60,229 nucleotides of DNA from an uncultured Planctomycetales bacterium (lineage in GTDB: Bacteria; Omnitrophota; Gorgyraeia; Gygaellales; Profunditerraquicolaceae), in NCBI GenBank assembly GCA_964579435.1, contig CAZOGI010000009.1, positions 1-60,229 on the forward strand. The letters run 5' to 3'. Below are positions 58,701 to 60,229 of the stretch, piece by piece. Position numbers and translations under genes: made by a program. Positions within the stretch are counted from its first letter, which is position 1, and every line of letters begins with the position of its first letter. Under the pieces are notes generated by a model. That model was not told the origin of the DNA and did no database searches. It saw only the letters and a program-made list of their open reading frames with translations.

Positions 58701-59906
58701 GGGCGCCGCACGGGGCGCGTCCGCAGGACCGAGGGAAACGCCGCGCGCCGAATAATCGGCCGCGCTTCCGCCGGTGGCAGAAGCCCCCCGCAGATGCGGG
58801 CGCTGATTCAAAACCGCAGGCAATGCCCCGGTCACCGGGCCCGGCAATTGGTGCATCGAAGGGATAAGCCCTTCGGCCAGATCGATGCCGCCGGAAAAAT
58901 AGGTGCGCACGGTCTTGCCGTACGGGGTGGAGTGGTTTTCGGTAAGCTTGTATTCGCCCCGGCTGAACGATTCCCGGTAGGCGTTAAAGTAGGAAGCGGC
59001 CTGATAGGGCGTCTGCGCGCCCAATCCGCTGAGGTTGCGCGAATCGATGAGCGAGCCGTAGACAGAGCGGTTCCCCCGGTATTTATCCTTGAACCACTGC
59101 GCCAGGATCAGAGAATAATACACCTGCCGCAAAAGCGCATACTCAGGCGCGGTATTCACCCGCTTGGTGAGCTTGGGCAGGATCAGCTCGCGCATCAGGC
59201 GGGCAGAATAATCGTTGAGCGTTTTGAGGCGCTCATCGTCGAATGCGTACACCGCCGAGTCCTTGAGGTGATCCTGCTCAAGGAGCACCTTGAGGGTCGC
59301 CTTGTAAATATAGGCGTTCTGCGGCGTCTCCCGGATGACGATCTCGGCGGGCACGATCCAGGGACGCGCCAGGGTGGGGATGGAAAGCTCGGTCCCGGCA
59401 AAAAGCTCTCCTGCCTTGTCATAAAGCTTCTTCCAGTACTCTTTGCCTTCAATGCTCGCAGGATTCGTGAAGGAGGCCGTGTCTTTTTTAAGCTGCAGGT
59501 CCGCCTCAAGCAGGATACGGCCGGCTTCTGTCCTGGCGAGAGAAGGATCGATAATCGAATCGGCGGAATCCGGACGAAGGTTTACCCAAAAACTTTCTTT
59601 GGGGAGGCTGACGCCGACAAAAAAATGCTCCAGCAGCTGCGGGATAGCCGTCTCAAGATCCTTGTCCTTGAGCATCGCGGTGCCGCGGTCAAGGAGAAGG
59701 GAAAAACTGTTTTCCCGGGAGTCGTACGAAAGAAAACGCAAATGCGGCGGGCGGAATGTCTTCTGGGTAAGATCCCGATGGAGAGCCTGAAGATGCAAGG
59801 CGACGTTAAGCTCTGCGGCAACCTGGGCAAAGCCGGTTTGCTGAAACGAGAGCACGCCGCACAAAACGGCGGAAATGATTTTTGTAATAATAGAATGTCG
59901 GCGCAT
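31743..59906 (-). CDS. Giant 9,387-aa multidomain protein: signal-like N-terminus, HExxH, 12 helical super-repeats, 6x AAA+ (MoxR/midasin-type), HExxH, vWA/MIDAS, kinase-like domain
   Basis: Single open frame of 28,164 nt with no stop. Recognisable motifs occur along its entire length (see sub-features). All other-frame ORFs in this span are short or Arg/Pro-rich shadows. Confidence 0.9.
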   Translation of the reverse strand: MRRHSIITKIISAVLCGVLSFQQTGFAQVAAELNVALHLQALHRDLTQKTFRPPHLRFLSYDSRENSFSLLLDRGTAMLKDKDLETAIPQLLEHFFVGVSLPKESFWVNLRPDSADSIIDPSLARTEAGRILLEADLQLKKDTASFTNPASIEGKEYWKKLYDKAGELFAGTELSIPTLARPWIVPAEIVIRETPQNAYIYKATLKVLLEQDHLKDSAVYAFDDERLKTLNDYSARLMRELILPKLTKRVNTAPEYALLRQVYYSLILAQWFKDKYRGNRSVYGSLIDSRNLSGLGAQTPYQAASYFNAYRESFSRGEYKLTENHSTPYGKTVRTYFSGGIDLAEGLIPSMHQLPGPVTGALPAVLNQRPHLRGASATGGSAADYSARGVSLGPADAPRAAPGAAAPLPAPPRQSDEESPAAEHFEALKLTKAASAVDVRREQASRAGKAQQVIEISTSRGAKAVAFTVTADEEKLLRQKLGVGRTELAGLLQEAFAALERWAEASGSKSRIDLTGLRGKKIMLALLDENKSQHLFEDCRKNGFIGVNKALFSMDPVLARALFVTGLFHELRHEAGERVNEKSMAAEAALCARLLSQSKRPIQELRQALGALVSLRQNPFIDALERQPDGSMNAGTARPTRTASQATTASAVIKRIRGSLKNPAAALVLAKQLNALLAQDRAAAVSVSDAVVLSDCLVSTDDARLKYALAQALAAAYERDSRLAEVTVNAFSALFAEAVYPYRGTERGVLLSRLVAAVCRSDITILNYINGDAVDEIREDAAFKSAVLLQAALAKNPVPLTPTKEDGRLLLEQLFSRRLGAGISSSNLNLTANISTYFYPALAKIAASNTAVLNQVLPGVLKGEKIHLDDKSGAILGIAACWNPKLLEQLMELYEGNALLPEILTFVLDSSYVFCYGSPPVLPPALARAVIQTLHDSDQWSEVLYAVNAYLERQGASFHADVHDQDWALILGDTPFARGDEDISGVYAEAVLSADTLKAMELKQRTYRMQEGKKSLPAYTGKKLSPDLAVIYRLPWKEFCAIMDKQYRQVHESPQEALRAIGAKAQSDARPAAVRGIKERIEKAVEPLRKKVTPPARTARGRALANLVFNTVAGSLDMHEGLLSAIQKLVKAGVITEKNRKAYESFLISLQYRDPVRSFAELVDVVLEEKLGLGFLDVSFLKELTGNQPFDARYYSTFVALAKAGMVSRQQTGLMRRLFAFIRQQNGNEWLRFELIKDCLEHEILLPQTFEPFLSLVELLGETRNRPALFANSSLKALRELVAAQPAEELVRRIKAGTLIHPDVMLILLKDSTLAERTMVLEEEFKKALFAEGPLEAMIYKQRLYRLVRGERPDGRKSGVSLPAFEQESTLMQLVPLYRLPWKEFCKVMEEKGYEALHRNTEVVRLPAATQPRTRSRAAATVQWEKALFDAVQDRIGINFHDKLRFAIHGLVTAGAVNDKNLKAAEALLMTIHRTAPMRAWAVYHQLGELAEAVRKKKLDRSCLDLVFLAAIAEAGASSAEEGFAAVQAFAGAGLISGENIRQIQTLFTRLAKQAQQYAGFAYQTLGILASAGVVTADTAEQASHLLVAVIGTRKEPDTGQAFNTLNELVKAGAVTAANLAAVESLFKALGAGRTDWIFEKRLQGYRETIAQRLSQGSDVIHPDVALIMLREQAFGPVTVDDSNRELYLEALFAEDALPAMRLKQRVYRQMQASRRKQLKEYEGADILRPLARIYSLPWNEFCKVMEEQGYDSLHAGAQPKKPVAGTRRDLAAELVAVVSLKKFGLQEQTIDFLKPGYQELVRRGIVTADTVDEIRSLLTEVTEKAGELGGEALFAFHYLVLAGCVTKGNLKEVKSLLTGLAALKDDARLWAYSKLADLAHKKQIVAADNLILVRRLFLSCAKGSAAGDASHLFDYIGELAEAGVATAGNVAQVQALMEELINNTGDRSGLDDPYAADDALLPLAKAKAVTADNIPETIALFRKLSLVQPKWNFRALAEHAAEITAQQIKDGTLINPDVELILLRKGAVPTDQRWWLAPSGLDEDEGDLESDEELYGRAVLSRDPHLAMVMKQLLYRRWAWQRKKQELPAYEDKAALAKLVRIYSLPWNEFCKVMEEQGYDAVHTGVQPKKPVAGTRRDLVAELVAAASKRAFNRPEQSIEFLADGYKQLVSSGVVTEANVREVCSLVETLAALPGKHATNALLALDGLISAECVTAGNLKAVRALLAGLASIEGENRAQAYAELGKLASQRLLVSPDNLDAVRSLYMSCTRGRAAQETYRLLPAITALAKEGVATSANVSSIQQLIRELVSNTQDENGIAYSPAAGGALFALVKAKAVTADTIPETIALLRKLYHGQQQWNFAALEAHAQEITPQQIKEGTVISPDVELILLRTGAVIGGDRWWLGVDGDAKDAEGDARLYQEALFSRDPYQAMVMKQRLYRRWILSREKKSLAAHEDREALAKIVRIYSLPWEEFCKVMEEQGYEVLHKEGGAAGEQRVADGQAAVAMQQSEKRLLGAMRALGAGKKFHVHLRRYFHEFLVSGVISAQEPQAAQQLMTSLVDKLIRGRRAGVDADWDTVLWAFAALHGLVTAGAVTRNNLSSVIDRVIVAINDNAGREGFSRLRDLASTVKEQGLNPAVLDLELIACVAQEADADVFWQLSKMAEQVKQKELDQRLFDPSLLSGFARHASSGGDAYAALVLLAEQVKERNLDPGWLDPGFLVRLAEGAQGRLSEVLGMWVDMLTDEKISEGEQAQLKKLFTVLVDKSGENTYRAFSSLQLVFGAVVETGAEGMFDIVFLTALAEEFTADADLAFRICAELIRRKALTPKTLPALRQIFHMFGIANARWNLEAFLRQAAQITPERLTEENFVNADVRLILLREGAFGGAAIGDGHGALYQEALFSRDAHQAMVMKQRVYRQWQAQQGKEFAAHEDPLILAQMVRIYSLPWNEFCKVMEERGYEALHRDPGAVLSLPGSSPAMGQEAESVLAAQIQGLKMLLGNETGLDLRCKSLVERMKADRGIKLSSPELETLVSFIRRAASDKEKFSLTTVAANAAVSNPLLVPLILDALIRHADDPGTVKVLAWALFYDIYEMKLRFSQEQVNALLEVGIRVPEAAGSIASALEGAFSFNADLRVSAGQLEKILALVSDPRFAWGKVSTLVHLALTADTSLKVPPQAQAAIIDAIRQKGKDAGARDAQLWMRIIRDDPALGVSEQDATFVFGQLGSDGALLAFTELAGLMLERNPALSPAPEQINPLIVFLGSRGGMSLEAERSIVTETLRRAMLNHPALIEAVLGAIAEATFTFSEGIELALGEAIGEAIAQSGIQPERLIVLIERDNRDPGMKLLYQVALRGALARNPALRLTPEQVRRVLALFDNTQNVRPRVALAGILGRAACNSGETAQILLQTLKERLQSTSTDSPLLGLALARSLSQSQALREKALRLFAGADAFSQIWGLSRAFGHAAQFNPALIDEYIERSGDPALSADARRFFLYALGASLEFARLTFEEAPPLPSPQDALRIVRTLYAAGDTLGIKNGLKNYLEISKKPLHEHLQDEEWARILGDTPELTEDDARRQAYLGVLCEPDMVRAMILKQRVYRALQETTRGSSLPAYEDPAVLREALPFYRLPWQQFCEVMDKHFELVHTAPRQAQARLAPVATAVTRPVPPAAPGMAQEVWEELSSDAKSLAYKDSILAALDALAGARLLTPQTRAQVVSLMRAVLANVDQGVNFVFATESIEQVAEIAYAIAGGRIDPALAKLEFLTGLARHNEVFCRISFESFLHLAQALRGRSVGPADIEKLFGIIYTRPHVAAASLRALGELSQKVNTHEASPAVFSFPLLYAIAEHSGDDASATYAFLGVLGMAAAKGQVDVRCIDPAVLAEMGAHTATGIHPALTELFNLGEAVSTGKIPGDFLEKELLTALIRIDGKKAANSLQSLKLLLLDPGIARLVPGALTPALLKDMIAHSGGRPGYALQALQILSEAGAVSADNIGEAAALSASLAASGRPAASLGALDLMLEAQTITADKIKNNTLFSPDVFLMLIKTLPPEPLDQDYDELLEGAEFGELYARALATGDVALALSLKQKLYLMQAQKPGLAETDFKALDITTREFLLPIYRLPWAEFCKVMEEKGYEAVHQDPALFSRFDQKVSGAVGPVSAQAPEESLTSVLFELARSRVGVSYHEAMRAAIAELVRSGSIKESDGQAVAALFSSMTDESIPQGSVQANLKAFADLARGVRQRQLDPVVLDLTLLSTFASFTSDSFLYYSALQQLAEKVRSKGLDRLVLDRAYLLSLAQKGAASDDYQSLGALAEAGVITEASFDRVKALIALISERARRNSFFANDCLRRLAASGAVTPDNLPQVQKLFEALCVTRPDWNFSAFGIPAAHTVTAQMITDETVIHPDVRLILLREQAFGGMPLDDRYEALYTEALFSKDAVAAMILKQRLYRQSQASKGRILAAHEEPTLLAQMVRIYGLPWDEFCTVMEGKGYETGHRNPSQLIKAAPGAVSQEQVVEEFFKAVQKYLTPEDRATFRERYVVPMINNGALTVENRQQVIRMFAALGKQPGTNLLDVILVFRFLADKQLVTPDTLPAIERLFTMLNIAQGEKHRHGLGMLNVLAYNGAVTVNNFAAIQAFLEDILKGIAEADALQIYNLMSNLAEARYITPANLSEVAELFKELFRYRDSNVLLAANVALGSLVRSGAATAGNVPQVLALFKGLRAGVPEWNFGALTSRAETLSAAELAAGAVFNSDVQLILLSQERSGGDFAIISGDEEAYIDALLSPDAHKAMLFKQRKYCQIQRRSAGRKLKEYANPAVLAALIGLYRSPWSQFCKAIEEHGYDAIHRNPQVLALPVPANPLAVDKDEFYRSLEGSVDAGEISPDAVEGQRRLRECADALVESGAADAANRDAVTKMIATVIIENRGFAFAPLRVLTAMARAGFPVREHIGELQELLVSAVRQGAADFEADEAYMRLEGLVNDVAGKRLDRSVLDLGLLRLIAEKSANKGFEAYSILALAAEYGLVTAETLGAWKSVIEALLRFANLRPGNLGALAGFVSAQDKAYLLERLKDNRLILPNVIEILLVDPDFVSEITGDLEAEYQAAVFAETDAAAAAFKQKVYRLKHARETRELLSAQPVVPEALIFYRIPWKEFCRFMRNDFEAVHQEPRAAWERFSQTTPAPVTVEPPQTQETSKKPADAPLVPQAVFSSPEHARAHQLLQQMAADALGASRDVDAASEKAKELLALLKAQRGVQLTREEATVLLNVCLETNVTVHMAYSMFVEALSEAAVNNVELAPLLLHAIEKLTTGSFERSLFHEGLARVLTAHESVRLNEAETTLLVNSLRQGGSSIYKMTGPLERALEGAGRCEITPAHLDTLLSMLVRGYRGDNSSKEALRRVVALALARNPDLLDRVVVALKGDAIEYHLDDVSQYVSEAVGIAASERPELIGRILQLLRHDQPLYVRHGLGDALRSGLNRNQEITVSDADIMMLIGAIIAQRTVATDYAGALGEALSRQKNFRFPEDRFRTLLSFFKPDANWAWMLLADALKYGIAHTPALAQICLQAVRQDPSNTALRIAVLHMLAGGLTGNPGIVLDRDALEMLRPEDQDEQGRSYYRSFCVAAVVNNPALAEESLRLIEDADASNEVRTFHAHVLQSALESMRLPAQAALRFVRGLAKAKMLDVAKEAAKQHLRKPGNSLHGDSLQEDWALVFGDAPFADLRQWWGQGEYIETAIAGDVRRAMRLKLDIYYETVMHDRPPKTSVLDKLPASKREVLLAFYRLPWKEFCALMQQDFVLIHRDPQGALQKYRAQIEQAQPRLSPVSAIDQTASAKAAEEALAQELDRLIDQELDRLCGAGKNGDPDRLLYYYIDIGMRYSGVTEGMDFVAFKEEAKRVARDPNAAKKMLPQHAILLYRDLRQSLRQQYPRFEALLKPKVSAHEFKAIQLLSKEIAETLQEAAESGRLHLRGSITFREVHRFNKVFSRYYLQNPEEAVSRLFDLFQLTAWTVYGRYIGRGEEHMFGAVMREVFLRKQYAPLYVTASVSNRGELTGSKLTDLFSRGTFERTPLPPSALESQSQVIVAAQRASACGLPLMLFTPSNHFANMAAESLSLQDNTLVFAVPMSGFSQVGEFFGRSLPDPATHRPQWSRGIIARMMEVARQNPDQQVYLVLENIEYASGDLRMALHQVLLERKVTLSNEKAADGRMIGEQPLPKNLQIVMTMHEDADIGDESFMDRSSGFFLGVPGTKEIRAYLARRFKLSGKAAETLVGLWEDLQGHPVLRERYLLQDVIQIASYVAGRLQEGAPESALSGLIKQEAWLHLSSKVPAPEQEEIFPELRSLLGLKETPGFTVGLSPSGDRIDAGGISIPVSPESAFGQFLSRHRGIPFKDALEGFVSQASGGKRDYFMTPTEERIFCLLARVHRFAPSKFIFLMGSPGGGKTTIARVFADVVGAQPYEYTLNKEIDLGFFRGGLGLSRQGISLRVPDYWRAQGEDNAFFIYNEADTRVFFLQWLWPTLAGRRVRFGAEFPGQGFDPDDPLEAVAFGRDQLHIATGNMREDGISGAVAAMMPAVYSMERSAEEMNEITLRLMESWLRKSGIAESSAETRRHSQSLAAVYNRFNRGVLEGEFVSSREITPRQVERFCALYASLLANGMPAQRAFEILLQVVFVRMWENEFDRMVAAGILAGVTGDLAPPTEAELLSFLRDFSLDIPLLVFDNQTVGFPRIRAAILPQAGTVREHTVNISRFHTKAKLIGGLSKTPEDGEPSNKLGVLSSLILQAHLDERQHCAWVQGYLDLNPQVAPLLNEFFQTNWLQVDDIIDDDLIDSVIGRLGVSGAFERVRGAYEQATGTTLAVSLEALFAAERRSLVRYLIGFKPSNLRFVILGEANEEITLHPADVDRFFAVNLAQTIDGPWIASRLEAGFSGAVPARLRTAAAACARAAWELFEAQKDAGLYAYNRLGAPNVDAFLAEINRRAEEGSLDEVLLRLLAYHLLGSGLAAEEEAAGEGAAPRDFRKEFLDRIGLEAGAVRYQREFALRESALRPGERRVWYGITATLGGRTYRLGEVQTPYASARQLDEYGRYEFIRDGVAERVRLQAPLQNLLAQEAAKLLFERAGLPVVLEGDPGGGKTTSSHEIALVSARESFEEGMYKWIDLSALLGAVTLRGREIALNALDKDASGRYLLDFLRAYSEGGVYIADEGRVSDAAGHLLRWLVTVARQDAIDLGDFHPGLQGVVIKRHPRFSFVITQNYHFKTEGRKELPQSADELCGKIRVDNILSYEDARSLIDYYLEGAVFPAELKMQLAHLHNKLSLSHPQKRTISPRDLIEIVQQLRREPRRIKQALYEQITVNYAEGLLDPAERQEVTRIVREFFPDYRPLSPRKAPVTAARSRFVDETQVAFWENSARMRDAVSILAHMVDAGGRQVLVNQPAGGFGLEAVKLMCLRFGKRLEIVEGHPFVTAKHLFESESFEFPGEFDGAGRRTARTDTFRRIRGEIGRHLVKSAELASLKTPGQETVIAITNIESIPASELVKLNRLQTTHTVVMKDESGRLVEYTLPSWVHIVVITSDIERLSSPFANRFKKLALAFPQDPAEVTQVIRHEFPDVSADEVQLLLRIASAAAEFTREKRFELSDNHYSLRDILELAARVQLAKQHDAASGQKQTDPLWYVMRAVRSFYLRGLYPDDRMLFEEEILLKGFLGGLFPDIKPAALKRYYTQLSAALSKAFTAAEVAAYDIAVAVKDGASAVTHLENGIIVRQDGDSFSVITPANVYRLQGAKLPDRADKALELSPGLAVYRTGRTLVLRLQLMSAVGGVPLPMAEANKKRALPWQEMGAEDVMYPAAELREAIGAILEAERTMVSASGRLIPSRLILVPGETGSGKTSVVNMLSRAQGVPVVRLNPHRQMRDSHMTASLSFAGEAQMNIQEFLLSVGTVNGRRLSAGFATSNRVRLLIDEANITRDVWYLLDALARGERVFSVPSPDGETLRVEVDAEVSVILTYNPAERYGGSGASGNRFNYPAAISAKACKVYVGEPLKTFSREEILRIIDELYRRGEGYFAREKALEGIDIVPASGGYFEVPLEPARVQKIPAPSAARPLSALAGEIRERFRVAEDTEERRKEEEEEKKISEEERERITQELAEKFSFDAQVMQKALDAAQKAYDRAQTAPEKAKCYAFFAEEVLVELFKGIAMNQVDARLLARTAEVAALLDVRLAELIQEYNAAESVEQLLAATQKIERNARENGVLLENITRVQYAGSHFIRFRATPILRTVSFDRAQLKEVLGDEVYGAVFKDNVVPEIVVIDRKPDGAIGYFDGQNIVVIGLGDAARELEVAAHELGHFISEKTGLGHTEFSREIAKRLKQNVELYSVLFPVLLIPDPAAYLKASIANFITPVQKNKSAHDDAYALATRELLNAFAIRFNLRLIERYEDDRIRAIVSAVESVSSEELRRCGISFWRDPAQYYPHVDRGYYRTKTVRVNIKGDVSEIPLSYGPAFSPHVKDEVIAETDAQVPEFEGGKKLVDDEQNPQKKMEVSQRRQLPLAVQKWMQRYARLFSRDATDDSVGMRNVTEGGVAIDPEGVLAGDPARMFLAPQYEDEVKGLAQNVLFVVDVSGSIQGNTVLRQAIEDMLYQYVSLLLALSRKNPDLNIGLMTISTKTTRLFDFREWQRAKGHRQKKALIEKALSRIWTTGDGGGIETPALLDTLSETEFPSVSGKRTKNLVLVFTDGQETGSRGTGEKLKQEIAAFRNGKYQKPDARGAPAQRPRKYKVDMAFIGIEDSAEAGALAENYPCYMPLESEVSAETYLEALFKIAYLQVKGKLNGDLRGALAALSSKAQQAISQRREETRRRAQERHQAMRVAAAAGAAKPAAAYPQPTQGASDEPRPVPLGMGMIDVTRQNELISHFLRSPHEAVTAQDAATRMQLLESIFAVLLHPELRRQEHAALTGVLGGLKDDAVWALLEGGVLLWQEGAAAETLAALLAELKSAKPPEQELPAAAPQAEAPLRALLGVAASDPLREGAVLVKVKENQGRIVEQGTLRFEQAGTRRFFVKSADLRRFEAVADMIEAGFEEEAAAMNQAAQAGLSVPAAVLRNAAGRRVLYTAPAPGVALRELLLQVESAQERRTYALQVMRALGALHALGLTHGDLVDHGVLQTGNIFIDEAGNVRFIDFGNANTVSALEELRAMLQASVVLAEVSRADLEAAYRQGGGNPGDERQERRGPSSSGPVAPLAPLDGVTPDRTGGIDFRSLPVVTQQAVLSIAHLSAACDAVSAQQLSGEWRQIEQLWAGGIAPSGERLKRYVASCFGNNVAPADMAKVLACAADILRSEEERCCATDKDIEEVLLFIESGATAPEVQKFVRK
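32270..32740 (-). other. Minimal protein-kinase-like domain (RIO/Kdo/APH-like)
   Basis: 'RRFFVKS' (Lys codon 32679-32681), 'EEEAAAM', 'LHALGLTHGDLVDHGVLQTGNIFI' (HGDL 32391-32402), 'VRFIDFGNA' (DFG 32316-32324). Confidence 0.65.
33500..34040 (-). other. von Willebrand factor A domain with MIDAS motif
   Basis: 'VLFVVDVSGSIQG' (DxSxS at 33993-34007), 'LVLVFTDGQETGS', 'VDMAFIGIED'. Confidence 0.8.
34818..34832 (-). other. HExxH motif 2 (HELGH) in the giant protein
   Basis: '...GAIGYFDGQNIVVIGLGDAARELEVAAHELGHFISE'. Codons read directly from the sequence. Confidence 0.6.
35410..35510 (-). other. Short Glu/Lys-rich charged segment after the AAA+ array
   Basis: 'AEDTEERRKEEEEEKKISEEERERITQELAEKF'. 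Confidence 0.7.
35680..41610 (-). other. Six tandem AAA+ modules (AAA_5 / MoxR-dynein-midasin type)
   Basis: Canonical Walker A: 'GSPGGGKTT' (40533-40559), 'GDPGGGKTT' (38467-38493), 'GETGSGKTS' (36192-36218). Matching Walker B: 'FFIYNEAD', 'VYIADEG', 'LLIDEAN'. Degenerate modules sit between them: 'LMLFTPSNHF...LVLENIEYA' (~41590), 'LLVFDNQTVG' (~39700), 'VNQPAGGFGLE...IAITNIE' (~37560). Spacing is ~330-380 aa per module. Confidence 0.7.
42501..58050 (-). repeat. Protein-level super-repeat array: 12 units of 321-685 aa, each ending in a conserved junction module containing [LIS]PWxxFC
   Basis: The [LIS]PWxxFC codons lie at 56787-56807, 55749-55769, 54678-54698, 53571-53591, 52473-52493, 51042-51062, 48987-49007, 47505-47525, 46428-46448, 45372-45392, 44409-44429 and 42501-42521. 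The upstream boundary (~58050) is approximate. Confidence 0.85.
58188..58202 (-). other. HExxH motif 1 (HELRH) in the giant protein
   Basis: '...NGFIGVNKALF...ALFVTGLFHELRHEAGE'. Codons read directly from the plus strand (ATG GCG CAG CTC ATG reverse-complemented). Confidence 0.6.
59826..59906 (-). other. Signal-peptide-like / signal-anchor N-terminus of the giant protein
   Basis: 'MRRHSIITK-IISAVLCGVLSF-QQTGFA|QV': basic n-region, hydrophobic h-region, small-residue c-region. Confidence 0.6.
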
Positions 59907-60096
59907 AGAAAAAGGGGGTCGCTGAGGTTGATCGTCCGAGGGACAATAACCCCGCCTAAGGTTAAGAATCGTGTTTCTGATTGAAAAATGTGGATCCGGT
60001 GAATCAGCCGAACAGCTATTACATTATTAATATTACTGATTGGAGGCCTTGAAACAAGGTTAAAAACGGGGTTTTCGGAAAGCGGTTGCTGCGGCT

Positions 60097-60115
60097 AATG
60101 TCCAGAGTGGACATT
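60097..60115. promoter_or_regulatory. Perfect 8-3-8 palindrome AATGTCCA-GAG-TGGACATT in the AT-rich region upstream of the giant ORF
   Basis: Read directly from the sequence. About 190 nt upstream of ATG 59906. Candidate dimeric-regulator operator. Confidence 0.4.
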
Positions 60116-60209
60116 TCTAAAGTATTGCAGATGAACCAGTTGCCTATGCTACTCAAACAAACCACTAAAGAACAAGAGGGAACTAATTAAGAATTAACAA
60201 CACCCCCTT

Positions 60210-60229
60210 CATGTGTCATGTGTCATGTG
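60210..60229. repeat. (CATGTGT)n heptanucleotide tandem repeat, truncated by the window edge
   Basis: CATGTGT CATGTGT CATGTG at the last 20 nt. Same TGTGTCA heptad as at 4752-4758 and 3075-3081. Confidence 0.7.

Noticed and set aside
31743-59906. Giant ORF as an assembly artefact, a run of fused separate genes, or a conventional adhesin/RTX/NRPS-PKS giant.
   Set aside because: There are no in-frame stops over 28 kb. The repeats are diverged rather than identical collapsed copies. No internal SD+ATG punctuation is evident at the junctions. No Ig/cadherin/GGxGxD or condensation/KS/carrier motifs were seen. This still needs long-read confirmation.
1-60229. Search for CRISPR arrays, tRNA/rRNA genes, insertion sequences, integrases, prophage or toxin-antitoxin modules.
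   Set aside because: No spaced direct repeats of 25-40 nt were seen, and no cloverleaf-like or rRNA-like segments in the few non-coding gaps. There are no transposase or recombinase motifs and no flanking inverted repeats. The short 7-8-nt tandem repeats are far too small for CRISPR.

Overview
60.2-kb, visibly GC-rich chromosomal window from a diderm (LPS-making) bacterium. 26 of 27 credible genes lie on the minus strand. Most are under 50 nt apart or overlap, with several ATGA start/stop overlaps. The long plus-strand ORFs in the track are antisense shadows. No rRNA, tRNA, CRISPR array, transposase or integrase was seen.

RIGHT HALF (31743-59906, minus; about 47% of the window): one uninterrupted 28,164-nt ORF encoding 9,387 aa. 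Read by eye, its parts in order are:
- a signal-peptide-like N-terminus and an unknown ~360-aa domain;
- a first HExxH motif;
- ~5,200 aa of helical super-repeats: 12 units, each closed by a conserved '[LIS]PWxxFC' junction module, in two unit classes ordered B-A5-B-A4-B;
- six tandem AAA+ modules of MoxR/AAA_5 (dynein/midasin) type, alternating degenerate and canonical Walker A;
- a short E/K-rich segment and a second HExxH;
- a vWA domain with a DxSxS MIDAS motif;
- a minimal protein-kinase-like domain and an unknown C-terminal tail.
This is not an adhesin, RTX or NRPS/PKS-type giant gene. It is my candidate for the novel system: a bacterial midasin-like mechano-enzyme fused to a huge repeat scaffold.

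LEFT HALF: a ~30-kb co-directional cluster. It holds standalone trpB2, lipid A late steps (lpxK, an LpxL-like acyltransferase fused to an ELM1/DUF1022 domain) and LPS-core glycosyltransferases with unusual fusions (GT4-GT9, GT9-GT9, plus single GT4, GT9 and a NodB deacetylase). It also holds a GspG-head-domain protein without a pilin N-terminus, a soluble histidine kinase and a deoxyhypusine-synthase-like gene. The rest are hldA-kdsB-kdsA-kdsD-kdsC, an LptC-LptA fusion, lptB, a PPIase-less trigger factor, clpP, a class V aminotransferase, a PilZ-PilT fusion, serA, a degenerate 5'-nucleotidase-like exported protein and an HMGL-family synthase.

Non-coding signals: three perfect TATAAT boxes, two of them placed 6 nt before an ATG (likely leaderless mRNAs); one clear intrinsic terminator; a self-complementary heptad-repeat element between two GT9 genes; an 8-nt tandem repeat inside lpxK; and heptanucleotide duplets in intergenic spacers.

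All domain calls come from motif recognition by eye, and sub-gene coordinates are approximate unless a motif is quoted. A PVC/Omnitrophota-like uncultivated lineage is only a guess.
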